The notes beneath the pieces were generated by a model. It had not been told where the DNA came from. It saw only the letters and a list, made by a program, of their open reading frames with translations, and did no database searches. A stretch of 62,357 nt of DNA, the filler included. It is 3 parts of 3 records of this genome, joined end to end, with 100 filler letters (N's around TTAATTAATTAA, not from the genome) between each part and the next. Parts side by side here need not be neighbours in the genome. Positions count along the whole stretch, not along the records: positions 1 to 24,312 come from SRR20825006_269; 2 more parts are not named here. The stretch is one strand, 5' to 3'. Numbering within the stretch: the first letter of the stretch is position 1; each line of letters begins with the position of its first letter. This document shows positions 9,900 to 19,859 of the stretch, one piece after another. The position numbers and the translations under genes are program-made.

Positions 9900-10385
9900 C
9901 TAATTCAGCTGCAAGAGTTCGCCGTCCGGCAGCAGGACGCCGAGACCGAAGGTAAAGATGGTCCACATCAACCCGACCATGCCAACGGCAATGGCCAAGT
10001 GAAGAGGCACACGTTTCAACTCCGGCTCACCGAGAAGCGTCAGAGCGAGGAAAACAAAGCCGATACCGCCCAGCAGCATGCCGAGATAAGGCATGGTCAC
10101 GAGGAAGAGGAAAAACAGGATATAGACGGTGATTGCGTTTCGGTACCGGCCAATCCCGCCGCTTGCAGCACTGGTCTCTGATTTTGCAATAGTGGGCTTG
10201 AGCACACTCTGCCCAAACATCGCGAGACAAAAGACCGTCAAAACCCCGAGCACGACCTGCGGCCAGACGCTCGACTGCATGGTCCCGTAATTTGTATCCT
10301 CGATTTCCAGGCTCGCGGAAATCATCACGCCGCAAAAGACCAGAAGCAACAGAGACACCAACGTATCGCGATTCAAGCGCGCCAC
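9900..10385 (-). CDS. tctB: Tripartite tricarboxylate transporter TctB
   Basis: Small protein with 4-5 TM segments ending in ..LGVLLP, between tctC and tctA; GGAGG RBS. Confidence 0.88.
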   Translation of the reverse strand: MARLNRDTLVSLLLLVFCGVMISASLEIEDTNYGTMQSSVWPQVVLGVLTVFCLAMFGQSVLKPTIAKSETSAASGGIGRYRNAITVYILFFLFLVTMPYLGMLLGGIGFVFLALTLLGEPELKRVPLHLAIAVGMVGLMWTIFTFGLGVLLPDGELLQLN

Positions 10386-10417
10386 CGGCTTTCCTCCATA
10401 TCCCGTATCGTTAAATG

Positions 10418-10450
10418 CAAACGGCGGCCCCCGGAGAACGGGAGCCGCCG
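10418..10450 (-). terminator. Stem-loop downstream of tctC
   Basis: cggcggc...gccgccg arms followed by ttt on the minus strand. Confidence 0.5.
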
Positions 10451-10467
10451 CTCGTCAGGCTGATTAA

Positions 10468-11439
10468 TCAGTCGCCCTTGTAAAGTCCAACCTCAATCGC
10501 GATCCGCTTCCAGTCCGCGAAGGTTTTCTCGAAATATTCGGTGTATTCCTTCGGGCCGAGATAATTCACATCCGTACCCTTGGCGGTCATCGCTTCGATG
10601 ACCTTCGGGTCCGCAGCCGCTTTCTTGAAGATTTCGGCATAATGATTGATCACGTCCTGGCTGACACCCTTCGGCAAAACGACACCACGGTCCGTACCAT
10701 AAACGAGATCATAGCCCTGTTCCTTCAGAGTCATGACGTCCGGGATTTCCGCGTTCCGCTTCGGCGTGGTGATGCCAAGTGCTTTCAGCTCGTTGGTCTG
10801 GATGTACTTCTTGGCCGAGGCGAGGTTGATTTCGCCGATATCGATATTCTTGGCCAGAAGCGCGGTCATCCGCTGACGGGTACCGTCGTAGGAAACATGC
10901 TTGAATTTCACGCCGGCCGCATCTTCAACCAGCAGGAAGATGAAGTGGCTGGTGGAGCCGAGAGTACCGCCGGCGGTCACGGAACCTGGTTCCTTCTTCG
11001 CGGCAGCAACCAGTTCCTTGATGTTGTTGTACGGCACGTCCGGGCTGGCACCGATGATCGCCGGGGTCCGGGTCAGCAGGGCAACCGGCTCGAAGGCGTC
11101 CCAGGTGAAGTCCACACGACCGTTGAAGAAGCTGGTCATCGCGCTCTGGTGAATGGCGAAAAGCGTGCAACCGTCCGGCTTTGCCTTGCGGGCTTCCTTG
11201 GCGCCCTTGTTGCCGCCCTGGCCGCCAATATTCACGACCTGCAGCTTCGGATCCGCACCGGCTTCGTTCGCCGCTTCGACAAACTGGCGGAAAATCACGT
11301 CGGTACCGCCACCGGCGCCCCACGGCACGATCAGCTTGGCGGTACGGCAGGACAGATCCGCAGCCTGCGCAGCAGGCACACCAGCAAAGGCAACGGAAGC
11401 CGTCGCAAAAGCTGCAAAGAGTGCTGTCTTGAGTTTCAT
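10468..11439 (-). CDS. tctC: TTT substrate-binding protein (Bug/TctC)
   Basis: Signal peptide; IVPWGAGGGTD, VVNIGGQGG and PDGCTL motifs. Confidence 0.93.
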   Translation of the reverse strand: MKLKTALFAAFATASVAFAGVPAAQAADLSCRTAKLIVPWGAGGGTDVIFRQFVEAANEAGADPKLQVVNIGGQGGNKGAKEARKAKPDGCTLFAIHQSAMTSFFNGRVDFTWDAFEPVALLTRTPAIIGASPDVPYNNIKELVAAAKKEPGSVTAGGTLGSTSHFIFLLVEDAAGVKFKHVSYDGTRQRMTALLAKNIDIGEINLASAKKYIQTNELKALGITTPKRNAEIPDVMTLKEQGYDLVYGTDRGVVLPKGVSQDVINHYAEIFKKAAADPKVIEAMTAKGTDVNYLGPKEYTEYFEKTFADWKRIAIEVGLYKGD

Positions 11440-11655
11440 TTTAGTCTCCCTGTAGACACGCCGCCCAAACCGACAGCGTTCGAAATTCTTCAGGCGCACT
11501 GGAAGCGCACCAATCTTGTGACTGACACCCTATGAATACAGCCCCGCCTGTCAACTGTTCACAATCATTCAGGCGCGTATTCCATTGCCGCGCGTATAAA
11601 GACAAAAAAATTCATCCAGTAACGGGACATATTCTTTCAACGAAGTCTTGGACTT

Positions 11656-12666
11656 TCAGCTTTTTTGTCCCAGGCGTTTGCCGTTATTTTGACGTTGAAG
11701 CATTTCCGTCCAATCTGCGGCGAGATTTTCAAGATATCGTGCGAATCCATCGCCCGCGATCAGAGCGGTCTCTGTTCCATATTCCTTGTGCAACTCGGAC
11801 AGAACGCCGCGGGTTTCCAGAACCTTCCGCATGACAGCAACAAGGCTCTTCACAGTATCATCCGGTATGTCGCGCGGCCCGAAAAGCCCGTGATCAATTC
11901 CAAATGTCAGCCCATTGGCCTCACCACCGAGCGTCGGCACACCAGATAGCATGCCCGGCTCAAACGCCCCACTGACCGCGAGCACACTAAGTTCTTTCCC
12001 CTTGCTTCGGGCAGCAGCAGCCCTGAGAGAGATAAAGCCCGCTACACCCGGGGGGCCACTCACCAAATCCCGATGACGCGCCAGCCCGGTCGGATAGCTC
12101 CGGATTCGGAAACGCACGCCGAGGGCCTCTTCCATCCTCAGAAACAGCATTTGTTCCAGTGGATCTTCCACCAGGGCGAAAGTGACGCTCTCTGGTTTGT
12201 CTCTAAGCTGGGCGAGCATGCCGGAAAAGCTCGGCGGCTCGGATTCCTGACCTTTCGGAGCCGCAGGAGGCGCCCCACCAGTCGACAGCGCAATTGCCAA
12301 CGGAGTCCGGGTCAACAAGGCGATCGGCTTGAAATCGCGCCAATCGGTCTTGCCTTTGTCGAGCATCTCGAACGCCACCTGAATCTGCGAGTCGAGCATC
12401 AGGGTACACCCGTTCGGCGCCGCATCCTCGAGCAACCGGCGGGCAATATCACGGGGCCGGTTGCGCACCCGGAAGGTGCTGCCGCCGAGTTTCGTCGCAG
12501 CCTCGGCGACGGCGCGGCCGACCAGATCCCCGGCAGAGCCAACGGCGGACGGTACGATAATGGAAACCGTAAGACAGGAAAGCTCTTGTGCCCGGGCATC
12601 CTCCGGGCGCGTTCCCAGCGCCAGGACGGTCATAATCACAAGCATCAGGAACTGAAACGGTCTCAT
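11656..12666 (-). CDS. Divergent TctC/Bug-like substrate-binding protein
   Basis: Signal peptide; LSC..IIVPS.VGS.GD, PNGCTL, FKPIALLTRTP and VPTL are recognisable but degenerate. Confidence 0.75.
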   Translation of the reverse strand: MRPFQFLMLVIMTVLALGTRPEDARAQELSCLTVSIIVPSAVGSAGDLVGRAVAEAATKLGGSTFRVRNRPRDIARRLLEDAAPNGCTLMLDSQIQVAFEMLDKGKTDWRDFKPIALLTRTPLAIALSTGGAPPAAPKGQESEPPSFSGMLAQLRDKPESVTFALVEDPLEQMLFLRMEEALGVRFRIRSYPTGLARHRDLVSGPPGVAGFISLRAAAARSKGKELSVLAVSGAFEPGMLSGVPTLGGEANGLTFGIDHGLFGPRDIPDDTVKSLVAVMRKVLETRGVLSELHKEYGTETALIAGDGFARYLENLAADWTEMLQRQNNGKRLGQKS

Positions 12667-12813
12667 TGTACTCCCACTCGGCTGGCGCCCCACTATACCC
12701 GGCCCCGGATCATCGTCCAGCGGCACCAATAATCTCGAACATTTGACCTGTAAGGATTTTCCGCTACAGAAGGGCGGCGGACTTAACGTGTGATTGAAAC
12801 GAGGGAAACAGAA

Positions 12814-13629
12814 ATGGCGGGGAATATGAAGGTCGGAATCGGCGGACTGGGTGCAATCGGCCTGACACTGGCCCGCGCGATCACAGACGGCCGCCTGCCG
12901 GGCCTAGAACTTGGCGCCGTTTCTGCCCGCAACGTTGAAAAAGCTCAGAAAAACCTGACATCCATTGGTGCCAGCGCGCCTATCGTGTCTCTGGAAGCAT
13001 TGGCGGAATCCTGCGACGTCGTCGTGGAGTGCGCTCCGGCTTCGGTCTTTCCGGTCATCGCGGAAGCGGCCATCGCCAAGGGACGGGTCTTTATTCCGGT
13101 CAGCATCGGCGCTCTGCTCAACCACATGGAGCTTGTTGACAAGGCGAAAGAAACCGGCGCCCGGCTCATTCTGCCGACCGGCGCCCTGATTGGTCTGGAT
13201 GCCGTGCGCGCCGCTTCGGAAGGCACCATCGCATCCGTGACCCTCGAAACCCGGAAGCCGCCACGCGGTCTCGCCGGCGCCCCTTATCTTGTTGAGAACG
13301 ACATCTCTGTCGAGGGACTGACTGACGCGAAAAAGGTTTTCGAGGGAAATGCCCGGGCCGCCGCCAAAGGCTTCCCGGCCAATGTCAATGTTGCGGCAGC
13401 TCTCAGCCTTGCGGGTATCGGTCCGGACCAGACCAGCGTCGAAATTTGGGCTGATCCGTCCGTCACCCGGAACACCCATACAATCAGGGTCGAAGCGGAC
13501 AGCGCACGCTTCACCATGACGATCGAGAATATTCCGACAGAAGAGAACCCGAAGACGGGCAAAATCACGGCACTCAGTGTGATTGCAACCCTGCGTCGCC
13601 TGAACGCGCCATTAACCGCAGGAACGTGA
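12814..13629 (+). CDS. nadX: L-aspartate dehydrogenase (NadX family)
   Basis: GLGAIG Rossmann motif, VVECA, GLD, TRKPP, FPANVNVAAALSLAG and NPKTG. Confidence 0.88.
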   Translation: MAGNMKVGIGGLGAIGLTLARAITDGRLPGLELGAVSARNVEKAQKNLTSIGASAPIVSLEALAESCDVVVECAPASVFPVIAEAAIAKGRVFIPVSIGALLNHMELVDKAKETGARLILPTGALIGLDAVRAASEGTIASVTLETRKPPRGLAGAPYLVENDISVEGLTDAKKVFEGNARAAAKGFPANVNVAAALSLAGIGPDQTSVEIWADPSVTRNTHTIRVEADSARFTMTIENIPTEENPKTGKITALSVIATLRRLNAPLTAGT

Positions 13630-13661
13630 CCGCCGGTCCCAGCTGACAACCGGGCAGGCGG

Positions 13662-16160
13662 CTAGCTAAGCAGATTGAGCATGCCGCCGCCGCCGCTGAT
13701 ATTCTGGAAGAGGCCAACCAAAGCTGCGTTCTTGGGCTGCACTGTGGTGCTGCCCCCGATCGCTTCCAGATCCTTCTTTACCAGATACTGCTCAATGAAC
13801 TTGATCGCGTAATTCGTGTTCTCTAGCGGCTTCAGGAAATCGAGGTTCTCAGCCGATCCGCTGGTATTGCTGAGCGCTGACTGTTTCTCGCTTAGAATCG
13901 ATTGCTGGATATTCAGCGTGAACTTCTCGGCATTGATCCGGCTCAGCGTCGAGCCGACCGAGAACAACGCATCGTTCAGGATACTCTCACGCGATGCCGC
14001 CGCCCCACCGCTCACGGCGGCATACTGAAGCGAACTCAGGGAGTTTTCGAATTCTTCCTTGAAGCCACCCTGCGCATCGACCGTGATTGTCGTCGCTAGC
14101 GTCCCGAGAACGACCTTAAGGTCTCTCCCGTATTCTTTGAGAAGGTTGTCCCCGCTCTCGCCGGCACGTTCGATAATTTCGTCCAGATCGCCCCGAATCT
14201 GACGGATTTCAGCATCGATAGAGCCAAGCGGATCCGCTACATTCGCCGCGAAATCAAAAACTTTCCGATCCGTGACCAGGTTGTCTTTCAACTCGGAAAG
14301 AGAGTCCGTTACCGTCGTGTCGATGTTGCTCAGAATACCGTTCGCGTTTGCTGCGGAAAGGTTGGCGGGCAAGCCACCAAGAATATCGGCATCCAGAGAA
14401 CCGCCCCGGGCATCAATGCTTTTCCCGGAATTTGCATCAGCCTCATAGCTGATCGTTCCGCTGGTTAACAGATTGTCGAATGTGAATGTGTTCGTTCCGT
14501 CTGTCGCCGAACCGGCGTTGTTGATCAGCGATGTCAATTCATCAAGTTTTGCGCCGTATTTCGCGTTCAAGTCGTCGATATCAGCGTCTTCCGCCTGAGC
14601 ATCCAGTGCCAGCGCACGAATCTCGGAGATCACGCCCGCAGCTTTGGCGAGGCGCGTAAGGCTGTCATCGACCGCAGAAATCCCTTGGGACAGAGACTGG
14701 GTATTCAGAGAGTAGCCGAAATTCACGCTCTTCACGCTGCCGGTGAAACTGGAAGCGTTAACGCCATTCTGAATATTCGCGGATTTGAAATCCTTTTCGA
14801 TCGAATCGAAATCGGCCTCGGCCGCCGCAATGCCGGAAGACAGGCTCCCCAGATTGATTGCCTGAAAAGCCGTGTTCGCATTATCCAGATTTGTCAGAAA
14901 ATCGGAAAGATCCGAAGAACCAGTCACAACCGCAGTGCCATCCGCCTTCACGACTGTCGTCACCTTGGTTGACGGCAGGGCATCGATCCCGCTCCCCGCA
15001 TCTCCTGACGGTAACAGCAGATTTTCGGTCGTTCCCGCAGCGCTATCGGTGTAATTCGACCCCTTGATGAAACCGTCAGCGTCGGTGATTTCGGATACCA
15101 ACCGGTCGAACTCGCTCTTCAGCGCATCAAGCTCTTCCTGGGTTTCAACCTCGGCCGCTTCCTTGAAGATCGCATCAATGCGCTTAATGTTTGTGTCTGT
15201 GTTGGTCAGTGCCTTTTCGGCGGATGCTATCAGCCCCTGCTGACGGATCAGCTCCGGGATTGCCGCTTCCTGAACCGGGATTTCGTCCGCAAGAACCCCG
15301 CCCGGATCCGTAACATTATCGATATCCAGCAAATGGATGCGAAGAGTCTCAAGCTGATCCTGCAGGGAAGACAGCTCAACACTTGCGTTGGTGGTTGCGG
15401 CAAGTCCGGTTTTGATGGCGCTCAGATCGTCGTTGACCAGATCGAGTTGAGTCTTGGAGGCACTTTCCCCGTCCCGGTCCAACGTGTTCAGCTTGTCAAA
15501 ATCAAGTTTAGCATCGATCAGGGATTGCTGCTTGAGCACGGATTGATTGGCTATCTGAGCCGGCAGGCTAAGAGCCGTCGTCACGATGTTACGCAGCGGC
15601 AGATCGCCAAGAATTTCGAGTGCGCTATCAACTTCATTGATACGCCGCAGGAAAAACACCGCCTCGCGTGCCGCCGGGCTTTCAAGTCCGATTGAAACCT
15701 CAAACGCGTTGGTCAGATAATCATCAATGACCTCGGTCTGCGCGTCAGCCGACTGTAGCTTTGTAAAGCCTTCATTCTCGACGTTCAGGAACTTCGTAAA
15801 CTCACCGTAGCGCGCATCGGCCAGCCGGTTCGAGTAGGAATTCGGATCATCCGGATCACTGTTTATGATCGCTTTCAGCTTGCCGGGATTATTGAGTTCC
15901 GATTCCAGACCAAAGGCCGTCAGAACGAATTCGAGAGTTTTCCGGTCCGCCAGAAAATCCTCAACCGACTTGATCTCGCTCGCGCTCGACTGAAAATTTT
16001 TGATGCTTTTCTGAACAGCCGCGCTTTCATAGAAATCGCGGCGCGCACCTTCGGGGTCCCGCTTGTATTTTGCGAAAGCAGCAACACCCGTCGTGGTCCC
16101 GCCACTGCTGGTGCTGTAAGATCCACCCAAAATGCTCAATGCGGCGGCTGCGTTAGTCAT
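13662..16160 (-). CDS. DUF1217-family protein with a ~560-aa flagellin-like insertion
   Basis: DUF1217-type motifs (IKSVEDFLAD..L.FVLTAFGLE, DPNSYSNRLADARY, KFIEQYL) flank helical repeats that end in NLL. Confidence 0.75.
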   Translation of the reverse strand: MTNAAAALSILGGSYSTSSGGTTTGVAAFAKYKRDPEGARRDFYESAAVQKSIKNFQSSASEIKSVEDFLADRKTLEFVLTAFGLESELNNPGKLKAIINSDPDDPNSYSNRLADARYGEFTKFLNVENEGFTKLQSADAQTEVIDDYLTNAFEVSIGLESPAAREAVFFLRRINEVDSALEILGDLPLRNIVTTALSLPAQIANQSVLKQQSLIDAKLDFDKLNTLDRDGESASKTQLDLVNDDLSAIKTGLAATTNASVELSSLQDQLETLRIHLLDIDNVTDPGGVLADEIPVQEAAIPELIRQQGLIASAEKALTNTDTNIKRIDAIFKEAAEVETQEELDALKSEFDRLVSEITDADGFIKGSNYTDSAAGTTENLLLPSGDAGSGIDALPSTKVTTVVKADGTAVVTGSSDLSDFLTNLDNANTAFQAINLGSLSSGIAAAEADFDSIEKDFKSANIQNGVNASSFTGSVKSVNFGYSLNTQSLSQGISAVDDSLTRLAKAAGVISEIRALALDAQAEDADIDDLNAKYGAKLDELTSLINNAGSATDGTNTFTFDNLLTSGTISYEADANSGKSIDARGGSLDADILGGLPANLSAANANGILSNIDTTVTDSLSELKDNLVTDRKVFDFAANVADPLGSIDAEIRQIRGDLDEIIERAGESGDNLLKEYGRDLKVVLGTLATTITVDAQGGFKEEFENSLSSLQYAAVSGGAAASRESILNDALFSVGSTLSRINAEKFTLNIQQSILSEKQSALSNTSGSAENLDFLKPLENTNYAIKFIEQYLVKKDLEAIGGSTTVQPKNAALVGLFQNISGGGGMLNLLS

Positions 16161-16363
16161 CGAACCCTCTGCTTCTGCTTGTTTTATGCAGATACATTAA
16201 CAAAAATTAACATGCACAAAACGGGCCATCTCTTCTGAGATCGCAAAACACATAGCATTTTTTTCTGCAAACTACAATGCAAGATAGAGTCTCGCGCAAT
16301 TGCACCCGCGGGCATCCTGCGATTATAGTTGCCGCCCTTCCAACCCCCCCTCGTGGACCCGCC

Positions 16364-18145
16364 ATGTTTACCACCAGACCCGAAATACGCGGCACCTTCG
16401 GTGTCGTTGCCTCTACGCACTGGCTTGCTTCTTCGGCCGGCATGGCGATCCTTGAACGCGGCGGAAATGCATTCGATGCCGCGGTCGCAGCCGGTTTCGT
16501 GCTGCAGATCGTCGAGCCGCATCTGAACGGCCCTGGCGGTGACCTGCCATTGATCATGCACAGCGCCAAACAGAACCGCACACAGGTAATCTGCGGTCAG
16601 GGACCGGCGCCGAAAGCCGCGACGATCCCGGCGATCCGCGACCTCGGACTCGATCTGATCCCCGGCAGCGGCCTGCTTGCGGCCGTGACACCGGGCGCCT
16701 TCGATACCTGGATGCTGATGCTGCGGGACCACGGCACCATGGGCCTCGGCGACGTTCTGGAATATGCCATTGGCTATGCCCGTAATGGCTATCCTGTCGT
16801 GTCGAAAATCACCGACACAGTCGAGACCGTGCGCGGGCTTTTCGAAACCGAATGGCCGACCTCGGCTGCGATCTATCTGAAAGACGGCAAGGCGCCAACA
16901 CCGGGCGCTTTGTTCTCCAACCCGAAGCTGGCCGATACCTACGAGCGGATCGTGCGTGAAGCGGAAACGGGTGGCGGAAACCGCGAAGCCCAGATCGACC
17001 GGGCACGGGATATCTGGTATCGTGGCTGGATTGCGGAAACCATCGACCGGTTCTGCCGGGATGCCTACATGGACGCGACCGGCCGGCGCCATAAGGCCCT
17101 GCTCACCGGAGACGATCTTGCAAGCTGGTCGGCGACGTATGAAGATGCGCTGACCTACGACTATGGCCGCTATACCGTTGCGAAATGCGGCGCCTGGAGC
17201 CAGGGGCCCGTCATGCTGCAGCAGCTGTCCCTGCTGAAAGCCATGGGCATTGCCGACATGGACCCGACAGGCCCTGATTTCGTTCATGCCGTAACAGAAA
17301 CCTCCAAGCTCTCCTACGCCGACCGCGAGGCCTATTACGGTGACCCTGACTTCGTCGATGTGCCGATGGAAACGCTGCTGAGCGACGCATATGCGGAAAG
17401 CCGCCGGGCGCTTGTTGGCAAAGACGCGTCCGACGCGTTCATTGCCGGTACCATCGAAGGCTACAGCAACAATATATCCCACTCCCTGCTGCCGCATGCT
17501 CAGGACATTTCCGGTGCCGGCATGGGCGTTGGCGAGCCGACCGTCGGCAAGATGGGAGAGGCCCGGGGCGACACGGTTCATATCGACATTATCGACAAGC
17601 ACGGCAACATGGTCTCGGCTACGCCCAGCGGCGGTTGGCTGCAAAGCTCGCCGATCATTCCCGAACTCGGCTTCTGCCTCGGCAACCGGGCACAGATGTT
17701 CTGGCTGGAGGAAGGCTCGCCTTCCACTCTGGCGCCGGGCAAGCGCCCGCGCACCACACTGTCGCCTTCCTTCGCGCTGCGTGACGGCGAGGCCTATATG
17801 CCATTCGGCACGCCGGGCGGAGACCAGCAGGACCAATGGTCGCTCTTATTGTTCCTGCACCATGCGGATCACGGCATGAACCTGCAGGAAGCGATCGACT
17901 GCCCGGCCTTCCACAACGAGCATTTCCCGAGTTCGTTCTGGCCGCGCGGCCGGATCAACAAGCGTCTGGTGCTGGAAGACAGGTTCCCGCAGGAGACCTA
18001 TGCCGAACTGCGCCGCCGTGGGCACGATCTGGAGGTCGGCGATCCCTGGTCGGAGGGCCGTCTGACGGCGGCGGCCAAGGATGGGGATATGCTGCGAGCC
18101 GCCGCCAACCCGCGCGGCATGCAGGGATATGCCGTCGGCCGCTAA
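16364..18145 (+). CDS. ggt: Gamma-glutamyltransferase family protein
   Basis: GGNAFDAAVA, GPGGD, nucleophile site GDTVH, PGKRPRTTLSP and GTPGGDQQ motifs. Confidence 0.93.
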   Translation: MFTTRPEIRGTFGVVASTHWLASSAGMAILERGGNAFDAAVAAGFVLQIVEPHLNGPGGDLPLIMHSAKQNRTQVICGQGPAPKAATIPAIRDLGLDLIPGSGLLAAVTPGAFDTWMLMLRDHGTMGLGDVLEYAIGYARNGYPVVSKITDTVETVRGLFETEWPTSAAIYLKDGKAPTPGALFSNPKLADTYERIVREAETGGGNREAQIDRARDIWYRGWIAETIDRFCRDAYMDATGRRHKALLTGDDLASWSATYEDALTYDYGRYTVAKCGAWSQGPVMLQQLSLLKAMGIADMDPTGPDFVHAVTETSKLSYADREAYYGDPDFVDVPMETLLSDAYAESRRALVGKDASDAFIAGTIEGYSNNISHSLLPHAQDISGAGMGVGEPTVGKMGEARGDTVHIDIIDKHGNMVSATPSGGWLQSSPIIPELGFCLGNRAQMFWLEEGSPSTLAPGKRPRTTLSPSFALRDGEAYMPFGTPGGDQQDQWSLLLFLHHADHGMNLQEAIDCPAFHNEHFPSSFWPRGRINKRLVLEDRFPQETYAELRRRGHDLEVGDPWSEGRLTAAAKDGDMLRAAANPRGMQGYAVGR

Positions 18146-18402
18146 AGCGGCCGGCTCCGTGCGGCCTGCTCCATCAGGCCTGTCGTAAGATATTCCCGGA
18201 GATAAAGCGCGAGATCGTCAGAGAGCGAGATCGCGCGTTCCCGTCCATCGTCGAACCGGAAGGTAATGACGAACCGGTCATCAACGAGATCGATGACGAA
18301 TGACGAGACCTCCGGGATATCGCCCGCCGACTCCTGCCTCAGACGCTCGTGGGGCTGTTTCATGAAAAAATCCAGCCACTCGCGCGCTTCCTTGTCCTGC
18401 AT
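18142..18402 (-). CDS. Small hypothetical protein
   Basis: 86-aa ORF (MQDKEAREW...) with a GGAG RBS, in the gap between ggt and fliL. Confidence 0.6.
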   Translation of the reverse strand: MQDKEAREWLDFFMKQPHERLRQESAGDIPEVSSFVIDLVDDRFVITFRFDDGRERAISLSDDLALYLREYLTTGLMEQAARSRPL

Positions 18403-18541
18403 TATCCCCCCACTCCTCCGGCCCGCAACAGTATCATAGGATCGAAGCTCCAGAGGATTGCAGCGGAAATACTGTTCATTCAAATAGGATAACTGCTAGT
18501 GCATAAGCAATAACGGCCCCGGTCAGAATGGAGCGCGCCCC

Positions 18542-19048
18542 GTGAAGAAACTCATCATCTTCGTCACCCTGCCGCTGATGCTCATTGTCGGCGCTGGAAT
18601 GGGGGCAGTGATGTTCGGGCTGATTCCGGGATTCGATCCGCTCGGAACACAGAAAAAAAACGGCATGGCCAACGCGAACAGCGAGCCGAAAGAAGAGCCC
18701 TTTCTGAACGAGGCACCGCCGACATTCGCATCCTCCCCGCCCGGCGCCATTAACTTTCAGCTTGAAGAGTTCGTTATCAATCTGCAGACCGAACGGCATT
18801 ATCCGATCTTCATGCTGCTCAGTGTCGCCTTGGAACTCAAGGATCAGGCGGCACAGGTCCGGGTGAGTGCTCTTGAGCCGCGCATCAGGGACAAGGTGAT
18901 CATCTTCGCCAGCAGCCTGACCGAACAGGAACTGAGAGGATTCGACGGTATCAATAAAATCAGGGACGGACTCTGGGTCCGGCTGCGCCAGATCATCGCC
19001 AAGGAGGATCTGCTGAATGTGCAGATCCTGAAGATGACAATCAAATAG
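18542..19048 (+). CDS. fliL: Flagellar basal body-associated FliL family protein
   Basis: N-terminal TM helix; LEEFVINL, PRIRD and ELRGFDG motifs. Confidence 0.8.
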   Translation: MKKLIIFVTLPLMLIVGAGMGAVMFGLIPGFDPLGTQKKNGMANANSEPKEEPFLNEAPPTFASSPPGAINFQLEEFVINLQTERHYPIFMLLSVALELKDQAAQVRVSALEPRIRDKVIIFASSLTEQELRGFDGINKIRDGLWVRLRQIIAKEDLLNVQILKMTIK

Positions 19049-19757
19049 ACGCCGCTTTTTCCAATTTGCCGGTCTCGGTTTCAATCACCTCTTCAAGCCG
19101 GGCCATGAACGTCTTCCGGTCGAGCCCCGGCGGGATCGGCTCAAGAATATGGACGTCGATCACACCCGGATATTTCATGAAGCTCTCCCGGGCCCAGAAC
19201 TGACCGGAATTAAGGGCAATGGGCACCACCGGAAGGTTCAGTGCGCGATAGAGGGCAAAGACACCCGGGTGATATGCCTGCTCGGCGCCCGGGGCGACAC
19301 GGGTACCCTGCGGGAAGATCACAACTGGCCGCCCTTCGGCAACCCGCTCCTCCGCCGCCTTGACCATCAGCTTCAGCGCACCGGCACCCGCCGACCGGTC
19401 GATCGGCACCATGCCGACCCGGCGGAAATACCAGCCTATCACAGGCAATTTCAGCAATTCCTGTTTCAACACGATGGCCGGATCCCGGCAAAACAGCTGC
19501 AGCGCGATCGTCTCCCACGCAGACTGATGCTTGCAGGCTATCAACACCGGACCGTCCGGCATCCGCTCCCTTCCGGTCAAGCGCCAGCGCAATCCCACAA
19601 CAAGGCCGAGCAGCGTGATAACACTGCGCGACCAGGCATCCCGAACGGCGCAAACCCAGCTTCGCGGGCCGAGACAAGCCGGCAGCAACAGCAGGCCGAC
19701 AATTGGCGTGAGCGTGTAGAAGAGAGTGTTAAACAGCGTTGCCCGGAAGGCTTTCAT
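19041..19757 (-). CDS. plsC: 1-acyl-sn-glycerol-3-phosphate acyltransferase
   Basis: KHQSAWET, PIDR, FPQGTR and VVPIALNSG motifs. Confidence 0.9.
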   Translation of the reverse strand: MKAFRATLFNTLFYTLTPIVGLLLLPACLGPRSWVCAVRDAWSRSVITLLGLVVGLRWRLTGRERMPDGPVLIACKHQSAWETIALQLFCRDPAIVLKQELLKLPVIGWYFRRVGMVPIDRSAGAGALKLMVKAAEERVAEGRPVVIFPQGTRVAPGAEQAYHPGVFALYRALNLPVVPIALNSGQFWARESFMKYPGVIDVHILEPIPPGLDRKTFMARLEEVIETETGKLEKAASI

Positions 19758-19859
19758 TTCAGAATCCCTTGATTTATGGGACACCCTTTACTGAAGAATG
19801 CCGGGCCTGTCAGGGCAAAACTGACCGCTCGCCCCCTGTCCACCGGAGCCTGAAGCCCG

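Noticed and set aside
16197-16211. TTAA-caaaaa-TTAAC upstream of the DUF1217 gene as a CtrA box
   Set aside because: The spacer is 6 nt rather than 7; at most these are half-sites.
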